Source: the human T2T-CHM13v2.0 reference genome, Homo sapiens. Taken from it: 64,000 bases of DNA. Position numbers and translations under genes: made by a program. A model generated the notes under the pieces. The model was not told where the DNA came from. It did no database searches and was given only the letters and a program-made list of their open reading frames with translations. This document shows positions 30,006-44,390 of the stretch, piece by piece; within the stretch, counting starts at the first letter, position 1; each line of letters starts with the position of its first letter. Location of the stretch: the NCBI RefSeq assembly GCF_009914755.1, contig NC_060935.1, one strand, 5' to 3'.

Positions 30006-30669
30006 AGAATGATTTTTAAGACTCTGAAGTTTCCAAAATGTATATGATGACATATAGGGAGCATACTTGCTTCTTGCTCTTTTAAAAAACTATCATCATA
30101 TTTGGAGCCAAGAAATCAGTTTATACTGTGATTACGTGAAAAGGAAATTCTTCTATACATAAACTGAGAACTGATATGCAAAGAAGCCTACTATAAAAAA
30201 ATAGCTAAAATGTTTTTGTTGTCAGAAGCTAAAGGTTATTTTTTTTTTCACTAAGTAATGTAAAAATCAGTATATGGAAAGTCAGAGCAACATAAAACGT
30301 TAAAAATTTTGAAACAAACTTTTAGATTCATTTTGCTTAAGAATGTATCAGGGTTTATACCATTTCATCAACATTATTACCTTGGGGATGACTACAGTAT
30401 GTCAAATTTCACCCCAATGTGACCTGAAACTGCCAGAAGCATGAAATCTCTGGAATCATCTTTCAAGTTACCACATTGCTGCATATGAGTTGAAACATTT
30501 CAGTACATAAAAGAAAGATACACATTCTAACCCTGTATCTTCTTGAATACCTTTTCTAATTCACATATTATTAAAGCAAGAAACATGTAAGCCCTTTCTT
30601 CCTAGTCCTTAGGTTGGCAATACTGTGGTGTCAGTAATTTATAACATGCTTTCTCATATATAATAAGAA

Positions 30670-31190
30670 GCACTGGACTAAAGAGTCTGCTGGTTTGACT
30701 CTTCACGCAAGTCAATTCAAATTAAGTCACTGTGCCTCTCTGAGCCTCAGTCTCCCCAGGTGTAAAAAGGGAAAATATGGTCAACTCTTCTGTGTCCAGT
30801 GTTGTAAAAATAAAATGAGAAATTTCTTTATAAGCTATAATCTGCTATGTGAATGCATGGGACTCTTCTAAGGCATATTTTACAATATCATTTATGCAAA
30901 TGTAGGTGAATATGTTAACCATATACCAGAAAAGTGGCAATAAATAGCCCAAGAAATGTGTTCAATGGCTAACATCTAAGGAGTCCCAACTATGTCTAGG
31001 CACCAAGCTAAGTACTTTACATGTATCATCTCATTTAACTCTCACAATAGCTCTTTATTAGTTATCACCCCATTTCATACATAAGGACATTGTAACTCAG
31101 AGAGGTGAGGGAATTTGTTCAAATGTTCACAAGAAAAGACAGGGCTTAGACTCAAATCTAGGTCCAGATAGCTTTTTACCACTTTATTAT
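30670..31190. mobile_element. Two MIRs in opposite orientation (+ about 30670-30845; - about 30985-31190)
   Basis: CTCTCTGAGCCTCAGTCTCCCCAGGTGTAAAA (+) and CCCCATTTCATAC..CTCAGAGAGGTGAGG (-) cores. Confidence 0.6.
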
Positions 31191-31961
31191 GTTTCACTAT
31201 GTTTACATTGGCTAGGAGTTTGAGAAGTCATGTGAGTCCATTCCTGGCATGCAGCAGAATCATGAAGGGAACAAAAGAAGTGAAAGAGTAGGAAGAAATA
31301 GAAGAAGCTGGATAGTCACACTCACTTTAGTTCTTTTGTATAAGCCATTAGGAATCCTTAGATTATCTAAGATATTTCTGCAAAGCATCTTATAAAATCA
31401 AATTGTGATTCTGGAATATCTCCAACCTTGAATGTTAATCATTCCTGAAATATGAATGCACAATTCACCACATTCATCCCACGGGAGAAGGCAGCAGTAG
31501 TAGCAGAGGGTTGGTGCTACAGATAGCTAGAGATGGCGGTACCTAGATAGGATTCTCATAGCTGAGGCCAGCAAAGACACCTCTTCTTGATTGTCCAAGC
31601 TCCAAGCTGAGGTTCGAAACACAGTCTTACATGCAGAAATGGTGCTATAGGAAAACATATGTCCAAGTTATACACAGCTTACTTACAAGCTTTTGGAATC
31701 TAACTTTGTTATAATAGGGAGAATACCTCTATGATGGTTAAGTTTCACTGAGAGTTAGGCAATCAAAAGTTGTCTACATTTGCTTTTCTAAATAATTTTT
31801 TCAAGATCCTTTTTGTGACTTTGATGAGGAAGGCTTTTTTCCAATGGTGTGTACTATTTGATTCTAAGAGCAAAGATATCCTTCTTTGCCAGTGTAGCAT
31901 GTAACAATAATAAAGCTATAGCCACTGATAAAGATCTATGTAGCTAGAATGAGCAAACACC

Positions 31962-32246
31962 GGCCAGGCTTGGTGGCTCACACCTGTAATCCCAGCACTT
32001 TGGGAGGCCGAGGCAGGTTCAAAACCAGCCTGGCCAACATGGTGAAACCCTGTCTCTACAAAAACACAAAAATTAACCGGGCATGATAGCAGGGGCCTGT
32101 AATCTCAGCTACTTGGGAGACTGAAGTGGGAGAATCATTTGAACCCAGGAGGTGGAGGTTGTAGTGAGCTGAGATTGTGCCACCTGCACTCCAGCCTGGG
32201 CGACAGAGCAAGACTCTATCTCAAAAAAAAAAAAAAAAAAAAAAAA
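31962..32246 (+). mobile_element. AluS with a ~20-nt deletion in the left arm
   Basis: GAGGCAGG joins directly to TTCAAAACCAGCC (GGATCACCTGAGGTCAGGAG missing). Long poly-A. TSD AGAATGAGCAAA at 31946-31957 and 32247-32258. Confidence 0.9.
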
Positions 32247-32656
32247 AGAATGAGCAAATGCCCTGCCTTTCTCAATCAAGTTTATCATCTCACAAAGGAA
32301 AACTCCAAAGCCAAAACAGGCTGTCTCAGGCCAAGTCCTAAAGGGCATTTTCTTCTTTAATCACCCAATGAGAATCCAGATAGGTGGGCTTTTGTGTGTG
32401 AGAAGTGATTGTAATTCAACATTAGGGAACTGAAAATATCATTGGATTCATCATTACAATGGATTCATCTGAGTCTGAATGGACAGTAGGAAGCCCCGAG
32501 AGCTCATCCCAGGAGATGTACAATGTATGTTTTGAAATTTAGTCACTCTTTAAGTAAGCAAATTTGAACAATAGTTGTTTGACAATATGCTAAACTGAAT
32601 TTCCCTCTAGGAAGTATGAGGCAGAGCACAGAAAGTAATATTCAGGCTATCCACTA

Positions 32657-32785
32657 TTTTTTTTTATTGTGGTGGAACATTCATTACATAAAATTTACCA
32701 TTTTAATCATTTGTAAGTGTACAAGTCTGTGGCATTAAGCACATTCACATTGCTGTGCAGCCATCACACCGTCTATCTCCAGGCA
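32657..32785 (-). mobile_element. L1M (L1MB-like) 3' terminal fragment
   Basis: TTTTATTGTGGT..CATAAAATTTACCATTTTAATCATTTGTAAGTGTACA..GTGGCATTAAGCACATTCACATTG is a reverse L1MA/MB 3' end. Confidence 0.75.
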
Positions 32786-33039
32786 GGCCATCGACTTACC
32801 TGTTGTGAAAAATAGCTTTAGTTTCTTATCAGGAACTAATTTCAGTTAGTTAGGAACTGTACTGTGACACAGAAATAAATAGCTTAGTTGTATTGGAATC
32901 TGAACTAGTCCATCTCTTTATTAAATGTTATGCTAGTTATAGGAAGCAATATGTTCTCTTTCATTGGGAAGACAACTATATTTTCTACTTTCCCCAAAAA
33001 GTGCAGTGTTAGCGCCAGACAAAATAATAATCTTTAAGA

Positions 33040-33250
33040 TAGTGAGTACTTGAATGTGCTGGCTACTATGCTAAGTATTTTATGTGCATCAACTCAGTCT
33101 CACAACCATCTAATCGTCATTATCCCTCTTGCACATGTGAAGGAAACTGAGGTGCGGAGGTTAAATAGATTGCTAAGATCCCACAATTAGCAAGGGGTAG
33201 AGCTGGGGCTCACAACCTGATCTATCTAACTTCTGAGACCAATAGTCTAA
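33040..33250 (-). mobile_element. MIR SINE
   Basis: GGAAACTGAGGTGCGGAGGTTAAATAGATTGCTAAGATCCCACAATTAG reverse core. Confidence 0.6.
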
Positions 33251-33252
33251 CT

Positions 33253-33416
33253 CTAAGAGGTTCACAAATCCCGAGGCATCGGCATCCACCTGAGCAGCTG
33301 TTAGAAATGCAAATCCTTCATCCCCATCTCAGAACTGGGGTGGACGCCAAGGTGCAATGTAAGCAGCTCTCCGGGCCATTCTGAGGCTCACTGGAATTTC
33401 GGAACCTTTGCTCTAG
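33253..33416. mobile_element. MER5A-like hAT-Charlie MITE
   Basis: GCATCGGCATCCACCTGAG..TGTTAGAAATGCAAAT..TCAGAA..ATTCTGA..GAACC motifs. Confidence 0.65.
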
Positions 33417-36239
33417 CCACTGCCTCATTGCATTTCCCTTTTTTCACACTCCTTTCCCACCATGCCAAATCCCACCACTTGTTCTTGGTCACACAGTCTT
33501 CATTATTGTTCCCCACCTCGCCCAGCCTCCCCAAAATTGCCCCATTCTTCAAACTGACTTTTTCCTTCCTCTTTATAGCCTGCCTTTCTCCCATTAAAGA
33601 CTCCTCTTTCCTGTCACTGTTTTCTGCTATAATTTAGTAAAAGAAACAAAAACAAATCCTACTAAGCCAATCCTACAAGGCTTTGGTTTGTTCACTCATC
33701 AATAAATATTTACAGAGAACCATATATTTTTAAGGTGTTTTTAGGAAGTGATCTAGTGTTTTGGGATACATTTGTGAATAAAAAGACAAATATACCCATC
33801 CTCATGAAGGTCCTCATACTTGATTAAAAATGCAGATATTAGGGTTTTACAGCAGAAATTTGGATTTTTCGACATTTGAAATAAGACCCTAGAATCTGCA
33901 GTTTATCAAGCACTCCAGGTGGTTCTGATGCCAGGTGAATCAGGTGATTTAAGTACCCTGATACATCCCGTGAAGTAGCTTGAGTAGGAGCACAGTAATT
34001 CATCTGGTGTTTCTGCTTTCTAAATTTGTTTGTCTTCTTCTCCCCATAGGGTCTTTGGGAGAGGGCAGGGATATGAAAAAGGAAAGGAAAAAATTTCAGG
34101 CAAACTGAAGTAGCATTTTTCAAGAAAGGGAACTTTCTAAGGTCTCCTAAGGCTAGTTCTGCAGAGAAGATTTTGCTTAACTTGAGCCCTGGGTGATGTG
34201 ATTTAAAGACAGAAAACCAATACCAAAACGGGACAAGAGTCACAGGTGGCCTCTTGGCCTGTGCCCCCTGAGCTAGGCCAGCCAGCTGCTGTTTATAAAC
34301 CTGTGGCCTGCTAGGGCCTGCTACAGATGGTCTTTTTGGATTATTTCAAAGACAACACCTTTAACTCTGAGTGGTAGTTTGGAATCATTTTAAGTCCTCT
34401 TGATATCCCCTCTTTCCTAGTAAGAACAAGACCAGCTTGTTTAACATTTCCTCATACCACAGATATTTTTCATGAGGCCTCACCCACTCCCAGACAATAA
34501 CAACATCCTTCCTGTGGGTTGGTGACCAGTGCTGCACGTATCTAAGAGGTATAATAAGCATTTTACACGGTGGCATTGCCACCTCCTTCTCTTTGTTTCA
34601 ACTCCTTCTGCTAAGATAACCTAAAACACAGGGAAACGGGAAAATAGGCAGCTTAACTTTTTTTCCCCTTTTCCAAGATGCCTCCCAAATTCTAGCCCTG
34701 AGTCAACTACTGTTCCATTATTCTGTCTAGAAGATAATATAGACTCATTTTGTACCCAATATAAATGTTTGGCACAGAAACAGCCTTCCTTCAAATGGGT
34801 CCAGAGGGGAAGTAGTTATGGGAGTGGCAGGGGCAGGCATGGCTCCATCCCAGCCCCCTGCAATCCAGACTCTAGGCCAGAGGACAGACAAAGTCAGCAT
34901 TCTGAACGGGAAGCTGGTGTTGCAGCCACCAGTGAGGAATTGTATTCTTACTCCACAATTTAAAAGGCCAAACATTTGTCCTACTCCAAACAACAAAGTG
35001 CCAACCCTAGAGGTTCCATTTAGTTACAGTAGGCACTAGAAAGCTTCTGAGATAGATAGTATGAGTTTCCTAATCTGATTTCAACAACCTGGGCTGTTTT
35101 CCTTAGTTCTAAAGAGTATATTAAAGAGGAGGTTCTCCATCAGACATATTTTGCCTTCCAGGGGATACTTGACAATGTCTGATCCCAATTCATGGTCCTA
35201 ATGTAGATGGAAGGTGGGGAATGGTATTGAAAAAATGAGGACAAAACGGTGCCAATGGATAATTTGTGGAAGGACATAGTTGTCCTCTTGTTAACCTTAA
35301 AGGCTGGAAATGATAACTCTAAACATTCCCTAAATAATCCATTTTGGTTTCCTGTAAAATATATTTATATTGTATCTAATTTATTTCATACTTATATTTT
35401 CATTCAAGCTACTACCTCTTGGGCTGATTTTCCTATATGCTTATCTCCACTTACCGTATAAAGTAGAAGTACATTTTATTTATTCCAATGCTATCTCTTT
35501 CACACTTTAAAATTTAAACTAGTCCTAGGATCTTGTTAACAGTTTCCAGACTCCTGTTTTTTTCATAGAGCTTTTTACATTTTTGTGCCTCTGGATTCAA
35601 AGGGTTCTAATGGTCTTGGTTTATCTTCATATAGCATTCACTCACCCACTCTGACAGGTCAGAATGACTCAATCTCATCATGCGTGGTACCCAGAAGGCC
35701 CAACAGAGAAGAGAGCAATCTAGTTGTCCCTGAGGATACTTGGCTCAAAGCCTCCTACCATCCTCTCTGAGCCAGGCTATGCATCCAGTCCCTGCACAGA
35801 GGAGCTGGCTGTGAGGAACTATAGGGAAACCCTGGTCTTGACTACACAAGCTTCAGTTTTACATAATGCAACTTCACAACTAATTTTTTCCCAATGGTCA
35901 GATCGGCAGGTAGACTGAAGCCATTAAGGTAGCCAAAAGCACCAGTCAACTGGGATATACAGTTTTTCTATCATGTGGACATAGCCTTGCCATCATTCAG
36001 CAATATGTAAGCCTGTGACTTTTCTGAAAAACAGAATGAGGGGATCTCTGGTTCAGTTCCTTGAGTTTCAATCTGGGTAAGTGGGTCACTTGTTGCATAC
36101 TCTTGTAATATCCTTCCACTTAATATTCTAGAGGGATGGATTTGTTAGGGAAAACAGAAGCACCTATTCCTGCTGTTCCTTTATACCCTATCTTCTGGAA
36201 TAGAATAAGTCAGGGTACTTGCTTGCCCATTCAAGAAGC

Positions 36240-36900
36240 AACCAGTATACCCAAGCACTCTGGTGGGTACTGCAGATACACAAATGAAAAAGGCAATAAA
36301 ATGGAGTTTCTACTCTAAAGGGAGTGATAGACCAGAATGGGAACCAATACATAAATAAACACAGAAAATGCAGGTTGTAACAAATGCTATAAATAAAACA
36401 AAGAAGGGGCTAAGATACAGAATAACAGAAGAGTAATCTCTTTAGGAGGGATGTTCAATAAGGCTACCATTCATGTTGAGATCTAAAAATTAAGTGGGAG
36501 GCAGCCAGGTGATGAGTTGGAGAAATAACATAATAAAAGGCCCTCTGGGGAGAAAGATCTGGGCTCATTTGGAGAATTAAATGATCCACACACAACTTCT
36601 GTGTAGTAAGCAAAGGTGGCTTGAAAAGCGAGGCAGGCAGCAGCATGAGCAGGACCTACAGGCTTGCGTAAGGGGCCTGGATTTTATTCTAAGTGCAACA
36701 GGAGGCTACTTAAGAGTTTTAAGCAGGGGTAGGATGTAAACAATTGTATGTTGAAAGGTGTTAACTTTTGTTGCTGTACTCAGTATGGACAATACTAGAA
36801 AGAAGATGCCATTGCAGCAGTCGAGGGGAGAGGGGATCCTGAACTGGGCCAAAGTGGTGCCCAGACAGGGGATTCAAGCTATGCTTTGAAGATGGAACTG
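36240..36900 (-). mobile_element. L2 LINE fragment
   Basis: GGATTTTATTCTAAGTGCAACAGGAGGC..GAGTTTTAAGCAGGGG and related reverse-L2 motifs. Confidence 0.7.
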
Positions 36901-38914
36901 AGCAAATGATCCAATGGCACATAGAAGAGCAGATAGTTGGACTCCTCCTCTGCTGTTGGGGCCAAGCCCCCTCCCCACTCTGGTGGACACTTTATTTAAG
37001 AGTTAAGCACTCAGTGTCTTGGCGCTCATTATCTTGCCAAGCCCTCTGGTTTTACTCGTCCTTCAGCTTCAGGCCTGCATTCCACAGATGTTCCTCGGTG
37101 TCCTGTTCCTGCTTGCATTCACTGAAATGGTGCCTGTGGAAGGAGTAAATTGTTCCATCTGGGTCACACATGAAGCCAACAGAGCTTCCACAGAAGGAAA
37201 GATGCACCTTTGCAAATCTATACATTGGTGCCTCTCAAGGCACCCAGAAGCCACCTGGAAGCATAGATAGCTTTAAAACGTCTATGCTTCAGTGTCTTCA
37301 AAGCTAAAAAATACATTTCATATCCGACCTCCAAAAATGCCTAAAATGCTTAAGCCAAGATGATTTCAAAAACTTCCAAGACTTGAGAGTTTCCTAAAAG
37401 CCTGTGTCTCCAAAAGAGCCACACATTTCATTCCCAGTAGAGGCCCGGGAAATTATGAGGGTATGTGAGATGCACAAATTTTCAAATACCAGATGTCTTC
37501 AAGAATTATACTGTGCCTCCCTTTACCAAAACATACCAACCTACTGAATTGTTATATTCTTTCTGAGGCTGGAAGTTACTAGTGTCCCTTCCCTCTTACT
37601 GCCAGTTTCTCTAATGGTCACTCCAGGAAAGAAAATGACAAGAGGAACTGAAAATAGGGCTGCAGGCTGCCCAGCTTTGGAAAGGCAAGAACTTCTGTGG
37701 CAGGGAGCAGCTCCTTGGTCAGTGCTGGGCTAAGAAAAATCAGCTGCTTCCTAGCTCAGGTGCCAAGACTGACAGAAGGAGACAGAAACCCCAGGGCACC
37801 TGCGTCTTTCTTCTCCAGGTTCCTTTGCTGACAGATGACTTATTTGCAGAGCATATTCAACAGGAACAGCCTGAGTAGGAAAACATCAGGTGGCTATTGA
37901 AAGTGCTTTTACGTATCTAAATGGTAAACTCCTGAGGACAAATCAAGACTTTAACACAAGCTGTGAATCCAGAGTTATTCTTCCCACTCAGTACATATGC
38001 AAGTGGCAGTCACAACTGGCAAGTGAGAGTTGCTTTAGAGGTTACTAGGCCTCTTAATATCTTGGATATTTTGGGTTGAACTAGGAGGTCATTTCTGATA
38101 GCAACTTTTGGCAATGAGTCAGTACACAGATGTGGTTAGAATAAAGAAAGGGCAGATAAAACTGAGCAGTGTCTATGTACCAGATCCTGTAATAAATGCT
38201 TTAGGTCATTTGTTGGTTACATCTCCAAGAAAGGTGCCACTATTATCACCATTTTAGAGATGAGATGACAAAACTGAGGCTCAGATGAGTCAAGCAACAT
38301 GCCCAAGGTAACACAGGAAGAAGTAAGCAAGAGACTTATGACTAAAATCCGATATGATCGGACCCCAAACCTTATTTCTTAAGTTAATATACTTTACTTC
38401 CTCACTTTAGCTATCAAAGACAGAGAAGTGATCATTTAAGAGAGTTAACTAATAGAAGAATGCAATCACTAGAGAGTTTATATTGTTGCTACATTTTTCT
38501 AAAAACAAAACAAAACAAAAAAACCCTTATTGTGGCAGATAAAGAAAACAGATACCCCTATTTCCTGCTAAGTCTGGTCAAGGCATACTCAGTCTGAAAC
38601 AACGGTTTGATGTCCTTGTACTTATCCTAATTACATGGGCCCACTGACCTGTGAGATTTGCTATATGAAAAGCAGAATGTAAAACAGAATGTAACACTCA
38701 GGAGGGTGAGGATCTTTGTTTTGTTCCCTGATATATCCTAAGGACTTAAAATAGCTGTCCTCAGTATATAGGGGACATTCATTGAATACCTATGAAATTA
38801 ATTAATGGTCAAATTTTAAAATATTCAGTGGTATAACCTTCCTTAATTAACAACACAGAAGAGGACATGGTAACCTGGGCTATTGGCCAATGTTTATTCA
38901 TTAATGTGTTAAAT

Positions 38915-39445
38915 GGCCTTTAAGATGGCTCCCAGTGATGCCTACTCCCTGGTACTCATATCCTGTGTAGTCTTCTCCCACACTGTTCCTGGTTTGGCCT
39001 ATGTGACCAGTAGAATACGGCAGAAGAGAAAATGTGTGACTTTTGAGATAAGGTTGTAAATGCTGTGGCTTCTATACTGATCTCTCTCTTGGATCACTGT
39101 TTCTGGAAAAGCTAACTGCTTGAGAACACTCATGCAGCCTATACGGAGGCCATCACAGCAAGGAACTGAGGCCTCCGGTCAACAGCCAGTGAGGAATTGA
39201 GATTTTCTCCCAACAGCCATGGGAGTGAACTTGGAAGCAGATCCTCCATCCTCAACCTGGCTTTGAGGGGACTGCAGCCCCAACCAGTAGTTGGAATGCC
39301 ATCTCATGAGAGATCCTGAGCTAGTACCACCCAACTAAGCAGTTCGCAAAAGTCTGACCCTTAGAAAATGTGTGAAATAATAAATGTTTGCTGCTTTCAA
39401 CTGCCAAGTTTTGAAGTAATTTGTTACAAAGCAATAGATAACTGC
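38915..39445 (+). mobile_element. MLT1 (F/G/H-like) MaLR solo LTR
   Basis: TAAGATGGCTCCCAGTGAT..TGTGACCAGTAGAATACGGCAGAAG..GAACTGAGGCCTCC..AACAGCCAG..TTGGAAGCAGATCCTCC..AATAAATG..GTAATTTGTTACAAAGCAATAGATAACT. Confidence 0.8.
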
Positions 39446-42418
39446 TAAAATTAATCTTGTCATGTTATTAGCATGGCAACTGGAAACTATCTTCTGAACA
39501 AAAAGTCATGCCATCAGAGAATTTTAAAATAATAGCTCAATTTTACAAACTCTTCTCCCTCCTAGAAGCTTTTGAAACACAAGATATATTTTTATGTCTT
39601 GCTATGGTCTCTTTTGCTTTGCTACTCATTGAATTAGTTATGCACAGATATAGGTACAATAGGGCCCAGATGTGATGTTATGGTTATGTGGAGGAGGAGT
39701 ATACATCTCCCCCAAAGGAGAGAGGAGATATTCTTGTGAACTTTTAGGAAAAATCTTCCTGCTGACATTAAATAATTTTGATTCTAGTTTAATTTCTCAG
39801 GAACTTAAATTCTAGGTTAGGGGAAATATCATAACCCATAAAACTAAATAATCCGATAATTTTTTATTGCAACAAGCACTAGGATGCCAATGAGCATACC
39901 ACAGTCCGTACATTCTGAAGGCCAACTCTCAGAAGGAGGTGGTTGAGATTTTTCTGAATTTGGCAAAGTACCTACAGTGGCATCTCATTCAAAAAATCAT
40001 GCAGAGAACATTCACTGATGAGAATTACCAGCTCATTCTGCAGAAGCTACAGTGAACTTGCCATGCTGGCCAGAAAGATAAGAGACATGCAAACTAGACA
40101 CAACTCCAAAGATACTTTTCCCACCAAAGGCGTTTTATGAGTTAGGATATATCTATGAAATATTTGCAACTCAACAAGGAGGAAAATGGAATGAAGTGGA
40201 ATGAACTCCTTGTTATATTGATTGGATTATGTCACCTGTCAACTAACAAATTCCACCACAGCAAACCTAAGCAATGAAGTACAGTCAGGGGTCTGCTGAC
40301 ACACTGGGAGGCTGGAGTAAGGGAGTCATTAGACATGAAACTACTCATCACAGCTCCAAAGCAACTCTGCTCAGCTGACTAAAGAATATAATTTTGAGTT
40401 TGTTCTCTAGCCCTCTGGTATACTCAAGCTCATGGCAACTCAGGGAAGAAGCACATTTTGCTGACTCTGGAAATGGCTCTGGCAGAACATCCACTCTCAT
40501 CTCTGAGCAGATCTAATAGGAGTGGAGTAGACAATTCCCACTTGGGGGTTGATTGTATTATATCTCCCCCTTACCCTACTCAACTTCTGCTGGTATAGAG
40601 GCATTCTCTTGTCAATTTCCAGATTAATGTACAGTGATAGTCTTCAATTCATTATTACTATAAGAAGACAGGAATAGGAGTTTGTGAGGTAGAGATGTGT
40701 GTGTGTTTGTGTGTGTATTTCTTATGCCTGGAAAAACAGCCAGCATTTGTAGCAAATGAATGCCTGCTACAACCAGAAGATTCTTGTCTTTGAAAGTACT
40801 TGAAATGGAGAGAAATGGAAAAACCAGAGCAGGAAGTATGGCAATAAGAAAACATATCATATGACAAGGACCAAGAAAGTCAATGTTTTCAAGAGCACAT
40901 CCAGTTGGAAGAGTGGGAGAAAACATGTGGAATCCACATGCTGGCCAATTTCAGGGCTTATCTGCCTCGGATATGGGGTAGAAAATAACATTTTACCTGA
41001 GGGGTAAAAACAACACTGCAGCAACATGCCTTCAAATAGGGTTTGTGTAGAAAGACACACTCATCATTTAGCTGGAGGGTTTCCAGGCCAAGGTACTTCC
41101 ACAGCATATGGCTGCCCACTGGGCTCGTGACCCTGAAAACATACTTCCAGATCTTTCTATACTTCCCACTTCACAAATGTAGCCAACCTCTGAGCACAGT
41201 TGCCCTCTTGTATTGCTAAAGGGATGAAGAAATGCTAAATCCTCTTGGAAAGCTGGTGTTTCTCCTGTGCTGGAATATAAGAATTTGCCTAACACTACTT
41301 TTAGAATCTTAAATCACGAGAGAAAGATGTCAAAGTTCAAGCCTCTCCTTTTTAACACTGAAATTCCTCCTAAAGCTCCCGCTTGAAGGCCAGAAGTCAC
41401 AACCGCTTCAAAAGATTACTATGTGTTTTGTTACACTTGCTTAAATTCCTTCCAGAGACAAAAGAAATAGACATATTTGCGATATTCCTTCCTTTATCAT
41501 ATTTCTGTAGATTCTTTTTCAAGGTCCTCAGACATCAATAATCCATCAGTGCATGTACAAGCTGATGCTTGGCGTTTGGGATATTATTTGTTCTCCTAAT
41601 GGGACTAGTAGAGTCTACAGAATTTAGAGTGTGCAGGAAGTATGTCTATAGAAGGTTTTTGTTCTAAATATAGGAGATTTTAAGGGCAAAACGATTTACT
41701 CAGTATACTAGACTGCCTTCTTTGAGCCATTCTGTTCTGGTCAATCATATAAAATATGTGTGGCCAACACTATTCCCTCCACATGTGTTTAATGGACATT
41801 TGTCATAGCAAAATGACCTAGCAGTTCCATTTCTTCTTCCCTTCAAATTACCAATATGACTGGACCATCAAACAACTAAATGCCAATTTTTTTTAAAGAT
41901 CATGAACAGTTTTGAGTTATATGAGTGGAAAAATGTTCCTGAAGGCCGAGTTTTTTGTTGTTGTTGTTGTTGTTTTTTTCCTTATAGCAACTTTTCAACA
42001 GCTAAATTGCTTTTGGTAAATATGAGTAAAGAAAATAAGCTCCCAGTCACAGCACATGTTTACAACGAAGTTAAAGGCTCTTAAAAATAGGGTGTTTGAT
42101 GGTCTACTGCCAAAATATGAACTCTAGCAGCCTGGAGTGCACCGCTAATAATAAGAGTCAGTGTTGCTATGAAAGGCCCGAGACAGAGCTCCAACTTAGC
42201 TTTAACCTTTTCTCCAAGAAGTTCCCCACAATGACAAGGAGACATAAATTTGGAGTTAGAGGTCAAGGTGAGAGGGGAGGAAGCCTGAAAATGGTAAGAG
42301 GTCACTTAAAAATAAAGCAAAAAATTGTTGGACTGGGCTCAAACCTGAACTGCAAAAGAGAATGAAAAGAGTTCAGCTGCTATCTGAGGACTGACTGCCT
42401 TTTAGAAAAGAAGAAAAT

Positions 42419-42816
<398 letters not shown>

Positions 42817-44149
42817 CTAGAATGAACAGACACACAAAGAAAGGAAATGCCGGATGTCCTAGAGTTAGCTGTTGTGTAGAGTGGAGAATCACAGTGTGCC
42901 TAGTATTAGTGGAGTCTTCCCATCTCCACAGGCCTAGGCTTCAGGTTCTTTCGCCCTTGGAACCCCTGGAGAATCTGACGAAACTGTGGAATGCGTCCAC
43001 ACTGAAAATGCATATATGCCATCGCACAAAGTTGTGTATTCAATTTAGGGAACTCACAAACTCAAGAAGCTGGATCATTTATGTTCTAGCATGAAAAGAG
43101 GCTACTGGTTTAAAAAAAAAAAAAAGCACTCTCCAAGAGACCATGGAACTTATCTTATTCACCACTCCATTCCTAGTGCTGAGGGTGGGGCTTAGATACA
43201 ATATCTCAAGACATACTTGCTAAAATGTTTTAAAAGGCAGCTTATAGAAAAATGTGATTCCCCAAAGAAGGTTCCAGTGATCACGTAAGTTTAGGGTATC
43301 CATTTTTTTTAAACACATCTGTACGTTTCTGTTGCTCCTTCTAGCCAAAGAGAATTTCCCTCAGAATATTCACCACAGTAATGGTATCTTTAGAATTTCC
43401 ATGTAAGAGGTGCTTAGGAAGAACGATCTGGTTGCAGGTTGGCGAGGGAGTGAAGCTGAGTTTGTATTGCCCTTTACAAAATGCTGAAAAAAAAAAAAAC
43501 CCATCTGCATGCTCAGAGATAAGAGGTTTTTGTGTCTTCAAGGAACTTATCTGTCTTCAAGGCACTTACAATGAATTAACTTATTTAAACCCAAACTTAT
43601 TCTATAAATAGATTTGAGGCCCACTCACAGTATAATCTGGTCCTGATGCATTCCTTCATGGGAATTAACAATTCATCCGGAATCTCTATGGATTATGCTC
43701 CAGATTTGGATTCCTCAACCCTGAAGAATCTATCTCAGAAACCGGTCAGCCATGCTGCCTTCTCTGTGCCTGCAGGGCAGATGTCGACAATGAACCACCA
43801 CAGCTGTCTTTCCCATCATGCGTAGGTATGGCCTTAGAATCCTCCACACAGCCCTCCAGGTGGCTACTGAAAGCTACCCTGGAATGCCAGTCAAAACATG
43901 TGTCACTCATAGGCTCTACGTGTTCAAGCACTTTCTACCTCTTAGAAAAGAGACGACTGGCAACAGTCTCAAAGAGTAATCTGTGGCCCCTAGACATTCA
44001 TTCTGAATTTCATCTGCAGCTTAGATTAGCAGTTAGTTCTAATTGTCATTGGCTTTCAAATGTCTTGTTGCACTTGCCTTCAAAATTCAGGCCTGGACCA
44101 TGTGTAAGTTGAGTCTGATAATACCTATGTAATTATCTGCTCCTATACG

Positions 44150-44390
44150 AGGTGCGAAGTCATGATTAGAAACCTTGGCCCTGGCATCATCCTGCTGTAT
44201 TCAAATTCTGACTCCACCACTTGTGGTTGCATGACCTGGGCATCTTCCTTCACCTAATTTGTCAATTTCCTCACTTGCCAAATGGGAATAAGATAGTACC
44301 TATTTCATAGTATAATTGCAAAGATATGTTAACATTCAGAAAACGCTTAGAAGAGTGCCAAACATGATAAACGCTTAATACATGTTATTT
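44150..44390 (+). mobile_element. MIR SINE
   Basis: TTCAAATTCTGACTCCACCACTT..TGACCTGGGCA..AATTTCCTCACTTGCCAAATGGGAATAAGATAGTACCTA. Confidence 0.7.

Noticed and set aside
33839-34243. 134-aa ORF, and other intronic ORFs over 100 aa such as 27438, 28924 and 60922
   Set aside because: No recognisable domain or exon structure, some overlap repeat remnants, and the lengths are compatible with chance in 64 kb.
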